Source of the DNA: Dipteris shenzhenensis
Lineage: Eukaryota
Assembly (NCBI GenBank): GCA_047967505.1
Contig: CM106538.1
Direction: 5' to 3' (one strand)
Length of the DNA stretch: 64,000 bases
Within the stretch, counting starts at the first letter, position 1. Every line of letters starts with the position of its first letter. Shown piece after piece: positions 62,997 through 64,000 of the stretch. The notes under the pieces were generated by a model that worked only from the letters and a program-made list of their open reading frames with translations, had not been told where the DNA came from and did no database searches. Both the position numbers and the translations under genes were made by a program.

Positions 62997-64000
62997 CTTA
63001 TGCTGGGTCGATTCAAAGATAGAGCCGTTTGTGGAGAGCAACATTCTGTTTGTCTGAGCTGAGGAGAACGAGCTTATTGAGCTCCTGCTTGCCCGTACAC
63101 CGAAATACAGATTTACTTGCTCGAGGCTGATTCTCTTGACGATCTGAGCGCACATCTTTACTGCTCTCCTCCTCAATACAAGCAACTGTGTGAAGGCTGT
63201 CTGCAGATCGCACAGCTTCCCCAGAGATATTCAAAAGCATGAGATAAGGTCACCTGTGCGAGTCTTGTGGGTTTCTCCTTGAACTTTGCGCAGGTCTTTG
63301 TTTTGCCTAGTTCAAAGTATGCACTGCGCAGCAAGTAAGCAGGCAGTTCTCCTTCATATGACAGCGATTTGAACAGATAATCGAGAGGGGGGCTGCGCTC
63401 AATCTATAACTGCTTCTAGCATCTTTTTGCAACGTTCAGCTTGCATTTCCTTTACAATCTCATACCACAGACCAATTATTCTTATAAGTCATATCGCCTT
63501 CTCTTCACTTGCTTGCGGCTTCTAATTGCGAGCCTGTCTACAGTTATCGTATGCTGCACTTATCTCCACGGCTCCCTTGCTTAGTATTTCACCAATCTCT
63601 TCAGCAAATGGCAGTACACGGCTTGAAATCTTTCTTGGCAACATTCCTCCTGATTTTCAACATTCTCCATGCTTCAATACAGTTTCTATCACTCGCTCTC
63701 AATGACCAACTCCAACTAAGCTCTCACTCGCTCTGATACCAAACTGAAGAAGCAAAGATCACGTAAGGGAAGAGAGAAGATGCACATGAAACTCCATTCT
63801 CTATTACGGGGATGCCAAAATCATCTACTCTCCAGTCTCTGCAAGAGATTCCTAAAGATTCTGCACAACAGTTCTTTAAAGAAGTCCAATAATCCACATT
63901 ATCCACATCCATCTATTCATATGCATACACATGGCTATGCATTTACACCCCATACATAACCTCCATGGGGATGTCACACCCCAAGGTGGGAACTTGTCCA
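62997..64000 (-). mobile_element. Minus-strand LTR retrotransposon 5' region: LTR end (63745 onward), PBS and internal leader
   Basis: Perfect TGGTATCAGAGC on the minus strand at 63741-63730, three bases from a CA terminus. Confidence 0.6.

Overview
This is repeat-dense nuclear DNA from a land plant. The Copia gag/pol sequences and TTTAGGG-type repeats suggest a fern or other non-seed plant, but that is inference. Most of the window is nested, decayed transposable elements. These include three Ty1/Copia families, among them a TSD-flanked element at 35080-41011 that carries a third, internal LTR. There are also Ty3/Gypsy remnants, two families of Sola-like DDE DNA transposase pseudogenes, a CACTA fragment, small TIR elements, two interstitial telomere-like arrays, a G-rich hexamer array and microsatellites. 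I found one host-like gene: a three-exon minus-strand gene (54827->53790) in a CpG-retaining island. It encodes a 246-aa secreted, Cys-rich protein with a C-terminal ricin-B-like (beta-trefoil) lectin pattern. All calls were made by eye from the sequence and ORF track, and no database searches were run.
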